Shown: piece after piece, positions 17,161-26,474 of the stretch
Numbering within the stretch: position 1 is the first letter of the stretch
Layout of the letters: each line of letters starts with the position of its first letter
Virus record (IMG/VR): IMGVR_UViG_3300030372_001081
Coordinates: 1-40,245 of that record
Origin: a virus
Taxonomy: Duplodnaviria > Caudoviricetes
Reading direction: 5' to 3' (one strand)
Length of the DNA: 40,245 bases
Translations under genes and position numbers: made by a program
Notes under the pieces: model-generated
Seen by the model: only the letters and a program-made list of their open reading frames with translations
What the model was told of the DNA's origin: nothing
Databases searched by the model: none

Positions 17161-20027
17161 GGTAATGGACTCGTACTACTAATTACTATCTTAGTATCTA
17201 TATTGCTGGTCATCACAGGTACACGGAAAGATCCTGTAAGAACTGAAGGATCTCCGACAAGTGGAGGAGCTTCACCAACGATGACTCCGTTATAGGGATA
17301 AGTGTTTGTGTCTCTACTTGCAGGAGTAACCTTTAACTCAAAAGCTGACGACTCATCAAAGATTACAGTCCACGTTCTCATCTGTAGTTTCGGCCCTGCT
17401 GCCAATGCAACACCACCACCTTGCGGCTGTTCTTTTATGTATGGAGTGCTGAACTCGTAAGTCATAGTGTATCTTTCACCGATAAAGAAGCGTGGTGTCT
17501 TACCTCCTACCTGAGTCTTCAAATCTCCAAGGACTGTGATCGTATTAGATGTTTGAGATAGTGGTTCAATAACTTGTCCATGTCTTAGAAGGGTATTACC
17601 TTCTTCAAATCTTCCTACTACAATCATGTCTGCCCCAGTATTAATAGGGTAAGGAAGAGTGATGACAGTCTCTACACCTAAAGCACCAGCATTATTAAGA
17701 CTTGTCGATGTAACTTCTGACTCAGTAATCTTTCTATCTAGCAGTATTTCTATCTCTGTTCCTGGGTCTACTTGTTCAGGTCTTAATGATACTTTCTCTA
17801 GGTAAGTTCCTGATTGAGATGAAGATCCATCTTCGTCATATTCAGTAAGTACATACAAATCACTACCTTTAATTGCAGCACCTATTATCTTTTTACTACC
17901 ACTAACTTCCCAATAAGACCAAGCTGACTGAAGCTTTGTATCTTCTTCAAAGAAGAACTTATAAAGATAGATTCTCTTGGGCTGGTCAAGACTAAGCATT
18001 GCAACAGCATCTTCTGCCACAGCAGAGATAAGGTTACATAGATTTGTCGGTATATATCTAGGGATACTGGATGTTACATCTTCTGACAAAGGTACTGATC
18101 CACTTGAGTCAGGGAGGAAGAACTCTCTTAAGCCACTGAAGTTTCCTTTTGTTATAGGGAAGTATGTATTACGACCAACAGCTATCGGGTCAACAGATAT
18201 ATCCATATCAAAGGAGGTCATCTGTGTGATGGTGGCTGTCTTAGGCGTTAAGGCAGAACCTACATTTAATCCTGCATCTAATCTGAACTGAGCGTTTCTA
18301 CTAAACAAGAGAAGAGTGTTAGCAAAAGCGACAGTAGATAGAAGAATGTTGATAGAGCTACCACCGCAACTGAGATCTACTGGATCACTATCCACCATTG
18401 TCTGAACAGTTTCAGGCCAAAACCTTCCGTGGTCATCACTAGCAGAGAGGATGACATTCTCTTCAGATAGCATTATCAATCTATTCCTGAACAGGTTTAG
18501 ATTCTGTATTGTCCTGCCTACAAAGGTAGGCTCTAAGGCTGTCTTCTTGTCACCAGCTATACGACCTGACCACGTGGCTCCATAGACTGCATTACCACTG
18601 GTGGTTTGACTTTGCCCTGCTGTATAGGTGAATGTATTTGCAGTGACTGGTCGAATAGAAAAGACACCAGCAGTTCCTGCACCAGAAGAAGGTCTAACAA
18701 ATAAAAGATCTCCACTCTCTAATCCATGATCTGTTTTAGTAACAGTAACTGTTGTTCCTGATTGTGCATAGGTAGCACTATTCTCTCCCTTTATATATTT
18801 CTGGAAAGTAAAACTACCATCTGAATTTCTAACTAATACATGAGGCATTGTTGCCTCGTCAAATCTATATTGTATTCCTGGTGCTACTGTCTCTTTCCAT
18901 ACTCCATCACCATATATATCTGTGGCATCACTGGAGTAAGTAGGTGGAAAGTCTGCGTTGACTACAAACTTAACGTAGTAATCGTCATACCTAGTAGCTT
19001 GAGAGCCTTGTACTTTAACAATAAAACCGTGGTAAGCCTTGATAGGTAAGTCGTCTAAGTCATCGACAACACCTTTAATTGCTTTAGTTGCTTCTCCTGT
19101 CTTATCATCTTTGCTTGTTAATGTGTAATCACTTCCATCATTTTTCTTGATGTGAATTATGTAGTCGTCATTATCAATCGTGTATCCACCGATTGAATGT
19201 AGTTGTTGAGCTAACTTATCTGCGATTGTAACTGTTGATAATTTTACTTCAGGTACAACAGTGCAATTACCAGAGTTAGCACTTGAATCGTTTTGTGTTG
19301 CTGCTGTGTAGGTGAATGAATTTGTACTTGCACCAGCTACTTCATAAGTACCTGCTACTCCACCAGATGCAGTAGCAAAACTAATTTTAAACTTATCACC
19401 ATTAACCATTCCGTGTGCTGTTGCTGCAACTGTGACAGTGGCACTGTTAGCAGGTTGAGTGTAAGAAGATTCGATCTGTTCTCCACCAGCAGGGGGAGTT
19501 GTATATGATTTAGTTACGCCGCCTAATGTAACGCTGTACTCGGTGTCATAATTTGCAACCTTAATAAACACCATCCCTGTTACATCAGTGATTGTTGTTG
19601 GTGATAAGTCACTGGACATTGCAACAGTCTTTTCCTTGTTAACAATGAATGTGTAGTCAGCAATAGATGCAACCCTGAACATCTCTGAAGGATGACCAGT
19701 CACATCTAGGTAGCTAACTCCATCTGGTGTTGCAGGAGTAACAAGTGTTCCGTCTAAGTTTGCTACCTTGATTGCACCATCTTGAATAATGATGATGTAG
19801 TTAATATCGTTAGTCCTTGAAACCATGTGTACAAATGGTCGGACTGTTGACTTGTTCTCAATAAATAAACGAGCGACATTATTTAATGGCGGCCTCTTCT
19901 TCAATCCTTCAACTGGACTCGACATACAATTAACTACTTCCTCTGCCTGTGATGCCAGCCTCAAGGCAGGCGGCTGTTGGCTAACTCCATTAATGAGGTT
20001 AGGTATAGAAGAAGTAATTAAAGGCAT
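17100..20027 (-). CDS. Tail tubular protein B (gp12-like nozzle) with two inserted beta-rich domains
   Basis: IPNLINGVSQQP N-terminus, GLKKRPP, QSAWSYW, SAEWEG C-terminus. Confidence 0.95.
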   Translation of the reverse strand: MPLITSSIPNLINGVSQQPPALRLASQAEEVVNCMSSPVEGLKKRPPLNNVARLFIENKSTVRPFVHMVSRTNDINYIIIIQDGAIKVANLDGTLVTPATPDGVSYLDVTGHPSEMFRVASIADYTFIVNKEKTVAMSSDLSPTTITDVTGMVFIKVANYDTEYSVTLGGVTKSYTTPPAGGEQIESSYTQPANSATVTVAATAHGMVNGDKFKISFATASGGVAGTYEVAGASTNSFTYTAATQNDSSANSGNCTVVPEVKLSTVTIADKLAQQLHSIGGYTIDNDDYIIHIKKNDGSDYTLTSKDDKTGEATKAIKGVVDDLDDLPIKAYHGFIVKVQGSQATRYDDYYVKFVVNADFPPTYSSDATDIYGDGVWKETVAPGIQYRFDEATMPHVLVRNSDGSFTFQKYIKGENSATYAQSGTTVTVTKTDHGLESGDLLFVRPSSGAGTAGVFSIRPVTANTFTYTAGQSQTTSGNAVYGATWSGRIAGDKKTALEPTFVGRTIQNLNLFRNRLIMLSEENVILSASDDHGRFWPETVQTMVDSDPVDLSCGGSSINILLSTVAFANTLLLFSRNAQFRLDAGLNVGSALTPKTATITQMTSFDMDISVDPIAVGRNTYFPITKGNFSGLREFFLPDSSGSVPLSEDVTSSIPRYIPTNLCNLISAVAEDAVAMLSLDQPKRIYLYKFFFEEDTKLQSAWSYWEVSGSKKIIGAAIKGSDLYVLTEYDEDGSSSQSGTYLEKVSLRPEQVDPGTEIEILLDRKITESEVTSTSLNNAGALGVETVITLPYPINTGADMIVVGRFEEGNTLLRHGQVIEPLSQTSNTITVLGDLKTQVGGKTPRFFIGERYTMTYEFSTPYIKEQPQGGGVALAAGPKLQMRTWTVIFDESSAFELKVTPASRDTNTYPYNGVIVGEAPPLVGDPSVLTGSFRVPVMTSNIDTKIVISSTSPLPCRFQSAEWEGFYHTRAKRQ

Positions 20028-20029
20028 GA

Positions 20030-20638
20030 CTATCTAAGAACAGTACGACTTGGTTGGTAAGTCTGGAATACTCCTGTGTGATTAGGATTACCTCTAATCA
20101 TATTGTGATCTCCTGCATTAGTTTCTTCTTCTAAGAATTGTGCCCTTGCTTCTGCTTCTGCTGTGATATTGATCTGACTTAGATCTGCACTACCTAGTAT
20201 CTGTTCTTGTAGTGTGCGACCTGCCTTCGTCATTATGTATTGACGAGCGTGTTCAGGTAGGTCAGTCCACTCTAGGAAGTACGTTACATCTGCTGTTAAA
20301 TCTTCTTCAAAGATAGAAGTATTCTTTCTTCTGTCGTATAACTTCAATCCTCTTTGCACTACCTCATTGTCTGGGTATTCATAAGGATCAATCTTCACTC
20401 TGCTTATATCTGAACTTAAATTAATTTCATTAGTACCAGCAGTACGAGTCAGAGTTCTCTCGTAGTCAGTATTAAATGACCACCCTTCTGATTGGATTGT
20501 TCTGCTTACTTCTTTGAGAGTATCGTTTGCTTGCTTTGCAAGACCGAACTGACCAGCCAAGGAGTTAACAGGTGCTTCACCCATCATCCTTAATACTTTG
20601 TTGACTGCTTCTAGTTCTGAAGTGAGGTTAAGACCCAT
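20030..20638 (-). CDS. Tail tubular protein A (gp11-like adaptor)
   Basis: ELEAVNKVLRMMGEAPV, QSEGWSFN, LPEHARQYI. Confidence 0.95.
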   Translation of the reverse strand: MGLNLTSELEAVNKVLRMMGEAPVNSLAGQFGLAKQANDTLKEVSRTIQSEGWSFNTDYERTLTRTAGTNEINLSSDISRVKIDPYEYPDNEVVQRGLKLYDRRKNTSIFEEDLTADVTYFLEWTDLPEHARQYIMTKAGRTLQEQILGSADLSQINITAEAEARAQFLEEETNAGDHNMIRGNPNHTGVFQTYQPSRTVLR

Positions 20639-20664
20639 AAGAAAAGAGGGGGCATATAGCCCCC
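20639..20664 (-). terminator. Intrinsic terminator after the capsid gene (T-phi equivalent)
   Basis: Minus strand GGGGGC-TATAT-GCCCCC followed by TCTTTTCTT. Confidence 0.85.
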
Positions 20665-20671
20665 ACGGTAA

Positions 20672-21637
20672 TTAACTGGTTGCTGTGTATATCTCGATAG
20701 CACAGTCTGGACGTAAAACGCCAGTACCATGAGCCATAGATCCGACCATGAATGTACCTTGCCATAGTGCATGTACATCGGAACCAGTTTGTTCCATCTT
20801 CAGATCCATCAACTTAACAGTACCAACAGCTTGCTTGTTAAATACAAGTCCAACGCTAGCTGTATAGTCAGCGTGGTATGTGTTGTTCTCACCAGTTACA
20901 GCAGAACGGTTTGTAGTTGGCAAGTGGTTAGACTTAACGATGCTGATACCAGCAACCTTTAAGACTGTTCCATCTGCGTATGCTCCAGAACCACCCCAGT
21001 CTCTGTTGAGTACGTCTGTTGTTTGGGCGATTTTATAATATTCGGTTGGAGCAAGAGCTAAGTATCTCCCGTCCTCAGGAATATTATCTACATCCATCTG
21101 CTCTGCTGCTGACCACATAGCACTGACTAGCTGTGCCCCTGTGATAGCTGCTTTGTTAGTAGCAACAATCTTGATACGAGTACCACCAGGTAGATCAGTG
21201 TTGAAGTTAGTAGCTGTTCTTGCTGCTTGGCAGATAGTAGCTGCTACGTTCTGGTCATAGGTGTACGCTAATGCGTTACCCATCTCAGTTGTATACTGAG
21301 ACCTCACGTCATAATGGTTCTTAGCCTCATCAATGTCAGCAACGAATACGTTTGATACGAGCTTGTCATCGATGTTGATAACAGCTTCAGCGTGCTTAAT
21401 AGCATTACCTGTAAGCTGTGTACCAGGTGTATGGTACGCTGTACTGCTTAATCCAATGATAGGGAACTGAGCAGATTTACCAGATGATATCGTGCGTACA
21501 GTGTGCAACGCCTCGAACACGGTTGCCTTGCGGAAAGCACTAAGTACTTCTCCACTAAAGGTCTTAAGGAATAAAGCGTCATAGCTAGAGCCTGTATTGT
21601 TTACAAGACCTAGCCGTGAGCTAGTAAAATTAGCCAC
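20672..21637 (-). CDS. Major capsid protein (gp10-like), GTG start
   Basis: ALFLKTFSGEVLSAF, RTISSGKSAQFP, HYDVRSQY, GTGVLRPDCA. Confidence 0.97.
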   Translation of the reverse strand: MANFTSSRLGLVNNTGSSYDALFLKTFSGEVLSAFRKATVFEALHTVRTISSGKSAQFPIIGLSSTAYHTPGTQLTGNAIKHAEAVINIDDKLVSNVFVADIDEAKNHYDVRSQYTTEMGNALAYTYDQNVAATICQAARTATNFNTDLPGGTRIKIVATNKAAITGAQLVSAMWSAAEQMDVDNIPEDGRYLALAPTEYYKIAQTTDVLNRDWGGSGAYADGTVLKVAGISIVKSNHLPTTNRSAVTGENNTYHADYTASVGLVFNKQAVGTVKLMDLKMEQTGSDVHALWQGTFMVGSMAHGTGVLRPDCAIEIYTATS

Positions 21638-21744
21638 GGAAAAAAGAAAGAAAGGTTGCCCTTCACTATCTGTTCAACGCAGGGTATCCCTCGCAAGGGG
21701 CCGTTGTTTATACGAGAATGTTTAGGTTGTTTATATAATACCCC
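21638..21744 (-). promoter_or_regulatory. Capsid leader: TATTAT -10-like box, duplicated TATAAACAAC, CCCU-UGCG-AGGG hairpin, pyrimidine tract
   Basis: Seen in sequence at 21735-21740, 21703-21712 and 21726-21735, and 21688-21699. Confidence 0.55.
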
Positions 21745-22557
21745 TTACAACACTTTTGAGCGACTAAGTTTTTCTTGTACTTCTTGTCTATACGCTTCAT
21801 CAGTTGCGTATCGTTCATCATTCATAGCAGCTACTACCTGTGCAGTTGACTTGAATTTAGTGGTGTCTGCTCTAGCTGCTCTACCTCCGACAAGCTTGGG
21901 TTCTCTTGGTGCGTTGTTCATGTAAGCAGCTTGAATACCAGCGACAGCAATCCTTATCTGGTGTGGGTTCCTGGTCTTAAGCATAGAGTTGAACGCATCA
22001 ACTTCTCCCTTGTCTAGGTTTCCAGCAGCCCACGTAATCATATCGTTGTAGACCTGTTCACCTCCAAACTCATTCTTAATTGCTGCTACTTCTTTAGCTG
22101 CAAGTTGTGAGTCTTGTTCTGCTCTGTACTGCACACCATCTAAATATGCTTCGACCATATCTTTACTAAAGCCAGCACCTTCTAATGCTGTGTAATCGTC
22201 ATCATCTAGCTTGCCTGTCTCTTGCCATTTAGTATTCATCCCTTGGTAATCGACACCAGCTTCATCAAGGCGACTACCTATGTATTCACCATAAATTTCT
22301 GAAGCGTTAGTAGGTGCTGCCTCCTCTTCTTTCGATTCAGGTACTTCAGGTGTGTCGCCTTCTTCTTGGTTTCCTAACTTCTTCTGAAGTTCTGCGTATC
22401 CTTTTTCTAGCTCTTCAACAGACTCATACTTGCCAGCAAATTTAACTGGCTCTTGTGCTTGCGTTTGATTAACAAGTGCTTCGTCTTTAGCTGCTGTCTC
22501 CTGTTCAGGAGATAACGCACCTGTCTCTGGTTCGGAAATAGTAATTGCTTCTGGCAT
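21745..22557 (-). CDS. Capsid scaffolding protein (gp9-like)
   Basis: FAGKYESVEELEKGYAELQKKLG; C-terminal AMNDERYATDEAYRQEV. Confidence 0.93.
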   Translation of the reverse strand: MPEAITISEPETGALSPEQETAAKDEALVNQTQAQEPVKFAGKYESVEELEKGYAELQKKLGNQEEGDTPEVPESKEEEAAPTNASEIYGEYIGSRLDEAGVDYQGMNTKWQETGKLDDDDYTALEGAGFSKDMVEAYLDGVQYRAEQDSQLAAKEVAAIKNEFGGEQVYNDMITWAAGNLDKGEVDAFNSMLKTRNPHQIRIAVAGIQAAYMNNAPREPKLVGGRAARADTTKFKSTAQVVAAMNDERYATDEAYRQEVQEKLSRSKVL

Positions 22558-22580
22558 TGGATGTGATGGGTGAAAGGTTG

Positions 22581-22844
22581 TTATTTGATAGTGATGTGCC
22601 GTTCGCCGTCTTTAGTAACTTGTGGCTCTTTATCTTTCTTCTTCTTAGCAACTGTCTTCTCTTTTTTAACAGTAGCTAACTCTCTAGGTTTCTCCTCTTT
22701 GGACTGGGCCACTGGGGAGTCCTTGGGCTGCTGCCCCGAGATCGGGGACGGTGTTAGGGATGCTTCCTGCTGCTCCGTCTTCGGAGTTTCCTGCGCTGAA
22801 CTGGGGGCCATAAGGGGAACCTGGTTTAGTGTAGTTGTCTGCAA
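22581..22844 (-). CDS. Small basic protein overlapping the portal 3' end; start uncertain
   Basis: Open frame fills the otherwise empty 22581-22683 gap; Lys-rich C-terminus. Confidence 0.5.
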   Translation of the reverse strand: MQTTTLNQVPLMAPSSAQETPKTEQQEASLTPSPISGQQPKDSPVAQSKEEKPRELATVKKEKTVAKKKKDKEPQVTKDGERHITIK

Positions 22845-24444
22845 CTTTAGCCATAGCTGACGACTTCATCGCTTCCATCATCTGCATCTCTTGCTGCTGT
22901 TGTTGCTGTTGAGCTTGTGCAGCAGCAGCTTCTTGCTGTAGTTGCTGACTTGTTTTGACTAAGTTTGTCGTATCTATTGAAGCACTAGCTGCCAATCTTC
23001 GCAGTGCTTCTTCGTAATTTACATACTGTTGTGCTATCTCTGGGCCTAGTACCTGCTGAGTAATAGATAAGAACTCAGTTAACTTATTCATATCATCACC
23101 TCTACCTATACCTTCAAGACCTGTTACTGCTTTTGGTTGCACTAAAGGATCACCTGTCTCTTGACTGTTAGGGAACTCAGGTAGTTTGCCTTTCTTCTGT
23201 AACATATAAATGAGCCTGCGTACTAGTGGTAGCTGTAGCTCTTGAGTAAGTATGGAGTAGAAGGCTCCAATTGAGGCTTCCAAACTCTGAGCCATATATT
23301 TTATTTCTTCTGCTGTAACCCTTTCCCCTGGTCGTTGAACTGCTTGGTTAAGTAGGAAAGCAAACTCTAGTCTTTGCTCTATACGCTCGATCATACTCAT
23401 TGTTATTTGTAGATCGGCCTGCTTCTGTGCCTGAATGACAGTCACATCTGCTGCGTTCCCTTGAACGATAGCCCCATTCGCTGCTGACGACAGGGTTTTA
23501 GGTCGGGTTGTACCGTTGGGATTCACAAGGAACAGAACTTTAGAGGCTGCTGCTGCTGCTTCGATTGATGCTTGGTATAAAGATTCAAGCGCAGTCAAGT
23601 CGCCATAGTATTTTTCGACATGACTTCTTCCATACTCCTCACCACTTTCAATACGCTCATACCTCAACACAATCCAAGGACTTACATCCATTGGACACAT
23701 GCCGTATGTATTAGGAATCTCCTTGCCTTTACACTCCTGATACCAGCGAGTGATACCGTTCTCAGTCTTAACGCATGTATGTATCTTTACTGTCTTCTTG
23801 ACTGGGCCTAGCTTTTCGTCTTCCTCTTCTTGTTCAGGGAAGAATCCGTCTGGTAATGCTTCAGGATATACTTCTTCTTCTACCAAGATCTCAGTCACAT
23901 GATCCATTGGATCACGAACGACACAATAGTTTTGTAAATGTATAGTCCTAACTCTGTCCTCTTGCACATAAAGAAGGACGTTGCCTGTAATTAGTAACTG
24001 CTGAAATGCTTGAGCAAGTGATGCTCTTGCACTCATGGTTTCTAATTCCATCATCACAGCTTGCTCTACCTTTACTAATGCTGTGTCAAGTTCTGTTTTA
24101 ATCTCTGGCCCTTGCTCTTCTATTCTTAATGCAAGGCTGTCAATCTCTAACTTAAAGAAGGGAGTGTTAGGAGGGAAGAGAGTTAGGTTTAATTTATTTT
24201 GTAAGTTACTAACACCCATAGCACCTGTTGATTGCCAAGGTGTCTTGAGTTTTCCGTGATCTCCCATGCTGGAGTCAGGGCAGGCAGCAGGGTTAGTTAC
24301 CTTTGCACAATCTCTAGCTCTTTGAAGGAAAGGATCACGGTTGGTTTTTAGTTGGTCGTATCTACCAGCAAGGGTAGTACCTTCCTTCTTATCTTTAGCT
24401 CCTTTCCCTGGTGCTAGATCGATAGGGTCAATGCTTAAGTCCAT
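22684..24444 (-). CDS. Portal (head-tail connector, gp8-like)
   Basis: PWQSTGAMGVSNL, GEEYGRSHVE, ERVTAEEI, TGLEGIGRG. Confidence 0.97.
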   Translation of the reverse strand: MDLSIDPIDLAPGKGAKDKKEGTTLAGRYDQLKTNRDPFLQRARDCAKVTNPAACPDSSMGDHGKLKTPWQSTGAMGVSNLQNKLNLTLFPPNTPFFKLEIDSLALRIEEQGPEIKTELDTALVKVEQAVMMELETMSARASLAQAFQQLLITGNVLLYVQEDRVRTIHLQNYCVVRDPMDHVTEILVEEEVYPEALPDGFFPEQEEEDEKLGPVKKTVKIHTCVKTENGITRWYQECKGKEIPNTYGMCPMDVSPWIVLRYERIESGEEYGRSHVEKYYGDLTALESLYQASIEAAAAASKVLFLVNPNGTTRPKTLSSAANGAIVQGNAADVTVIQAQKQADLQITMSMIERIEQRLEFAFLLNQAVQRPGERVTAEEIKYMAQSLEASIGAFYSILTQELQLPLVRRLIYMLQKKGKLPEFPNSQETGDPLVQPKAVTGLEGIGRGDDMNKLTEFLSITQQVLGPEIAQQYVNYEEALRRLAASASIDTTNLVKTSQQLQQEAAAAQAQQQQQQQEMQMMEAMKSSAMAKVADNYTKPGSPYGPQFSAGNSEDGAAGSIPNTVPDLGAAAQGLPSGPVQRGET

Positions 24445-24795
24445 TTACTGTGGGATGTAAAGGCTTTTAGCCGCATGTGCTGACGACTTGGTTGGTGCTT
24501 TCTCTTGCTTGACTGGTGGGTTTGTGAATTGTCTTTTGCCGCTACCTTTAAACCATCTTTTAGAATCTAGTGCTGGTGCTGCTACTCCTGCTGTCTTCTC
24601 TGGTGGTGGAGGGGGTGCAGCTTGTGCTGTTGCCTTTTGTTCCTGATACCTAGCTTGGTTATCTGCTCTAGTTAATTCAAATTGTCGCTTCTGTTCTTCC
24701 ATCTGCTCTTTCTGTAGAGCAAGGTTCTCTTGATGACGCTTCTCTGCATCCTTCTTAGCTTCTTCATTAGAGCCGCCGCCACCGCCACCACACAT
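24445..24795 (-). CDS. Small virion protein, gp7.3-like position
   Basis: MCGGGG N-terminus; immediately upstream of the portal. Confidence 0.7.
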   Translation of the reverse strand: MCGGGGGGSNEEAKKDAEKRHQENLALQKEQMEEQKRQFELTRADNQARYQEQKATAQAAPPPPPEKTAGVAAPALDSKRWFKGSGKRQFTNPPVKQEKAPTKSSAHAAKSLYIPQ

Positions 24796-24834
24796 AGCTA
24801 ATCTCTGTAGTTACTTAATGATAGCTTGATATTA

Positions 24835-26289
24835 CTATGAGACTATTCCAAGTGTACGGATGTTGCCTGTTGGCTGGTACTTGTTAGTAGCAAAGCCTCT
24901 TCTTCCTTGTCCTGAAGCCATTGCTCTGTCTTCTAGTTTTAGTGCCTTGTCTGCTGCTGTTGTGCTTTTATTTCCTGTCTCTAAATTAATAATTGTATTA
25001 CCACCACCTGCTCCACCTGTCATCGCTGGTGCTGGTGGTACATAGTTAGAAGTCTTAGGCCCACCTGAAAGAGTAGTTTGCCAACCTTCACCCCAATCTA
25101 TATCTACGTCTTGCCCTGGTGTTAAACCAAGATTACTGTCAGTTGTTGAATGATCTATTGCTGGTGCTGTGCTGTAAAGTGTTCCATCTCCACCAGTTTG
25201 GAACCATTTATTTTTTGCCGTGTAATCTCCTTGAGCAATAGATAATTGACCAGCAGGAGTTTCAGCCCAAGTCGCAAGGTCTAATTTGTCAGCACCACCT
25301 GAAGTGAATTGTGTGGCGTTTACATTTTGAACACCAGTTGGAATATCAAAAGGATTAGCACCACCACCGCCAGGTAAGACAGGCCCATCCTTTTGGTAGT
25401 TAGCCATGTGAAAGTCATGGCCTGTTGTTGATGTTTGAGTACCAGTGTTGAACGGTACTGCTGTGATCCTGTAACCACCAGGGGCAGTACTATCTGGCAC
25501 GTACTGCCATGAGTAAGGTGTGCCTGTTATTTGATTTCCGTCATCATCAGTAGCGACTACCTGATTGCCATCGTCATCTAGCTTGATGTTCCCCTCGTCA
25601 TCTAACTCATACTGAGTAGCAGTTTTAGTGCCAGTGGGATTTAAAATATTGCCATCAGCGATTGCTTTCGCATGTAAGTTTAAATATTTTTTTTCTGTTA
25701 TTAAATCACCATCACCATCAACATCAACACCTGTCTTTATTTCTAATGGATTCCCATACCCTATTGTTCCAAACTTCTTGTAGTTCTGGTGACCTGTGTT
25801 GGCTGAGATGTCAGACGTTACCTGATCAGTTGCTGCTTTGTAAGCTTCTTCAAAGCTTTTACCTTGTGCTAAGTGGCTTTGTATATCTTGTGTCGTTTGA
25901 TAACCCCACCACTCACTACCTTCTTGCCCAACAGTATTACCTTGTAACATTCCATAAGAATAATTCTGGTGATCTAAATAGTTTTCAAGGTTAGATGTTT
26001 GTAACTTAGTAGACCAGTCTTCTGTTCTAACACCTAATGCAACATCATGGTCTTGGTGTTGGAACCAATCAGGTACACCTGCTACTCCTTTTGCTTCATC
26101 AGACCTAGCTACATTTCTTCTTACTGCTGTATCAGCTATCTTTGCTGCTTGTTCAGGTGTTTTGCCAGCAGCGATAGCATCAGCCTGTGCCTTGTCATAC
26201 TCAGCAGACCAATAAGCTAAACCCTCTGCACCAAAGTCTCTATCTAAAAGACTCTGACCTATGTTCTGTATTGCTGCTGACGTTGCCAT
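24835..26289 (-). CDS. 484-aa putative virion protein with DUF4214-like motifs and acidic DxxGN repeats
   Basis: LLDRDFGAEGLAYW, VGQEGSEWW, DVDGDGD, DDEGN/DDDGN x3. Confidence 0.7.
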   Translation of the reverse strand: MATSAAIQNIGQSLLDRDFGAEGLAYWSAEYDKAQADAIAAGKTPEQAAKIADTAVRRNVARSDEAKGVAGVPDWFQHQDHDVALGVRTEDWSTKLQTSNLENYLDHQNYSYGMLQGNTVGQEGSEWWGYQTTQDIQSHLAQGKSFEEAYKAATDQVTSDISANTGHQNYKKFGTIGYGNPLEIKTGVDVDGDGDLITEKKYLNLHAKAIADGNILNPTGTKTATQYELDDEGNIKLDDDGNQVVATDDDGNQITGTPYSWQYVPDSTAPGGYRITAVPFNTGTQTSTTGHDFHMANYQKDGPVLPGGGGANPFDIPTGVQNVNATQFTSGGADKLDLATWAETPAGQLSIAQGDYTAKNKWFQTGGDGTLYSTAPAIDHSTTDSNLGLTPGQDVDIDWGEGWQTTLSGGPKTSNYVPPAPAMTGGAGGGNTIINLETGNKSTTAADKALKLEDRAMASGQGRRGFATNKYQPTGNIRTLGIVS

Positions 26290-26291
26290 CT

Positions 26292-26474
26292 TTACTCGAT
26301 GTTGTTCTGCTCATTATATACAGATCGCAACATTCTTACTAGCTCTACCTGTCCACCGTACCTCCAGATCTCTCGGTCAGGTGTATCTATTGATGGGCAT
26401 CTATCAGGGTAGATCTCTTCTAGTTTCCTAATAAGCACCTCGTCTATTGGAGGCCAAAGATCTTCATCTATCAT
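26292..26474 (-). CDS. Conserved small protein at the gp6.5 position
   Basis: ATG at 26474 overlaps the exonuclease TGA; LIRKLEEIYPDRCP...GQVELVRML. Confidence 0.8.
   Translation of the reverse strand: MIDEDLWPPIDEVLIRKLEEIYPDRCPSIDTPDREIWRYGGQVELVRMLRSVYNEQNNIE

Noticed and set aside
20665-20700. T7 10B-style frameshifted capsid extension
   Set aside because: The terminator and tail tube A follow immediately, leaving no room for an extension
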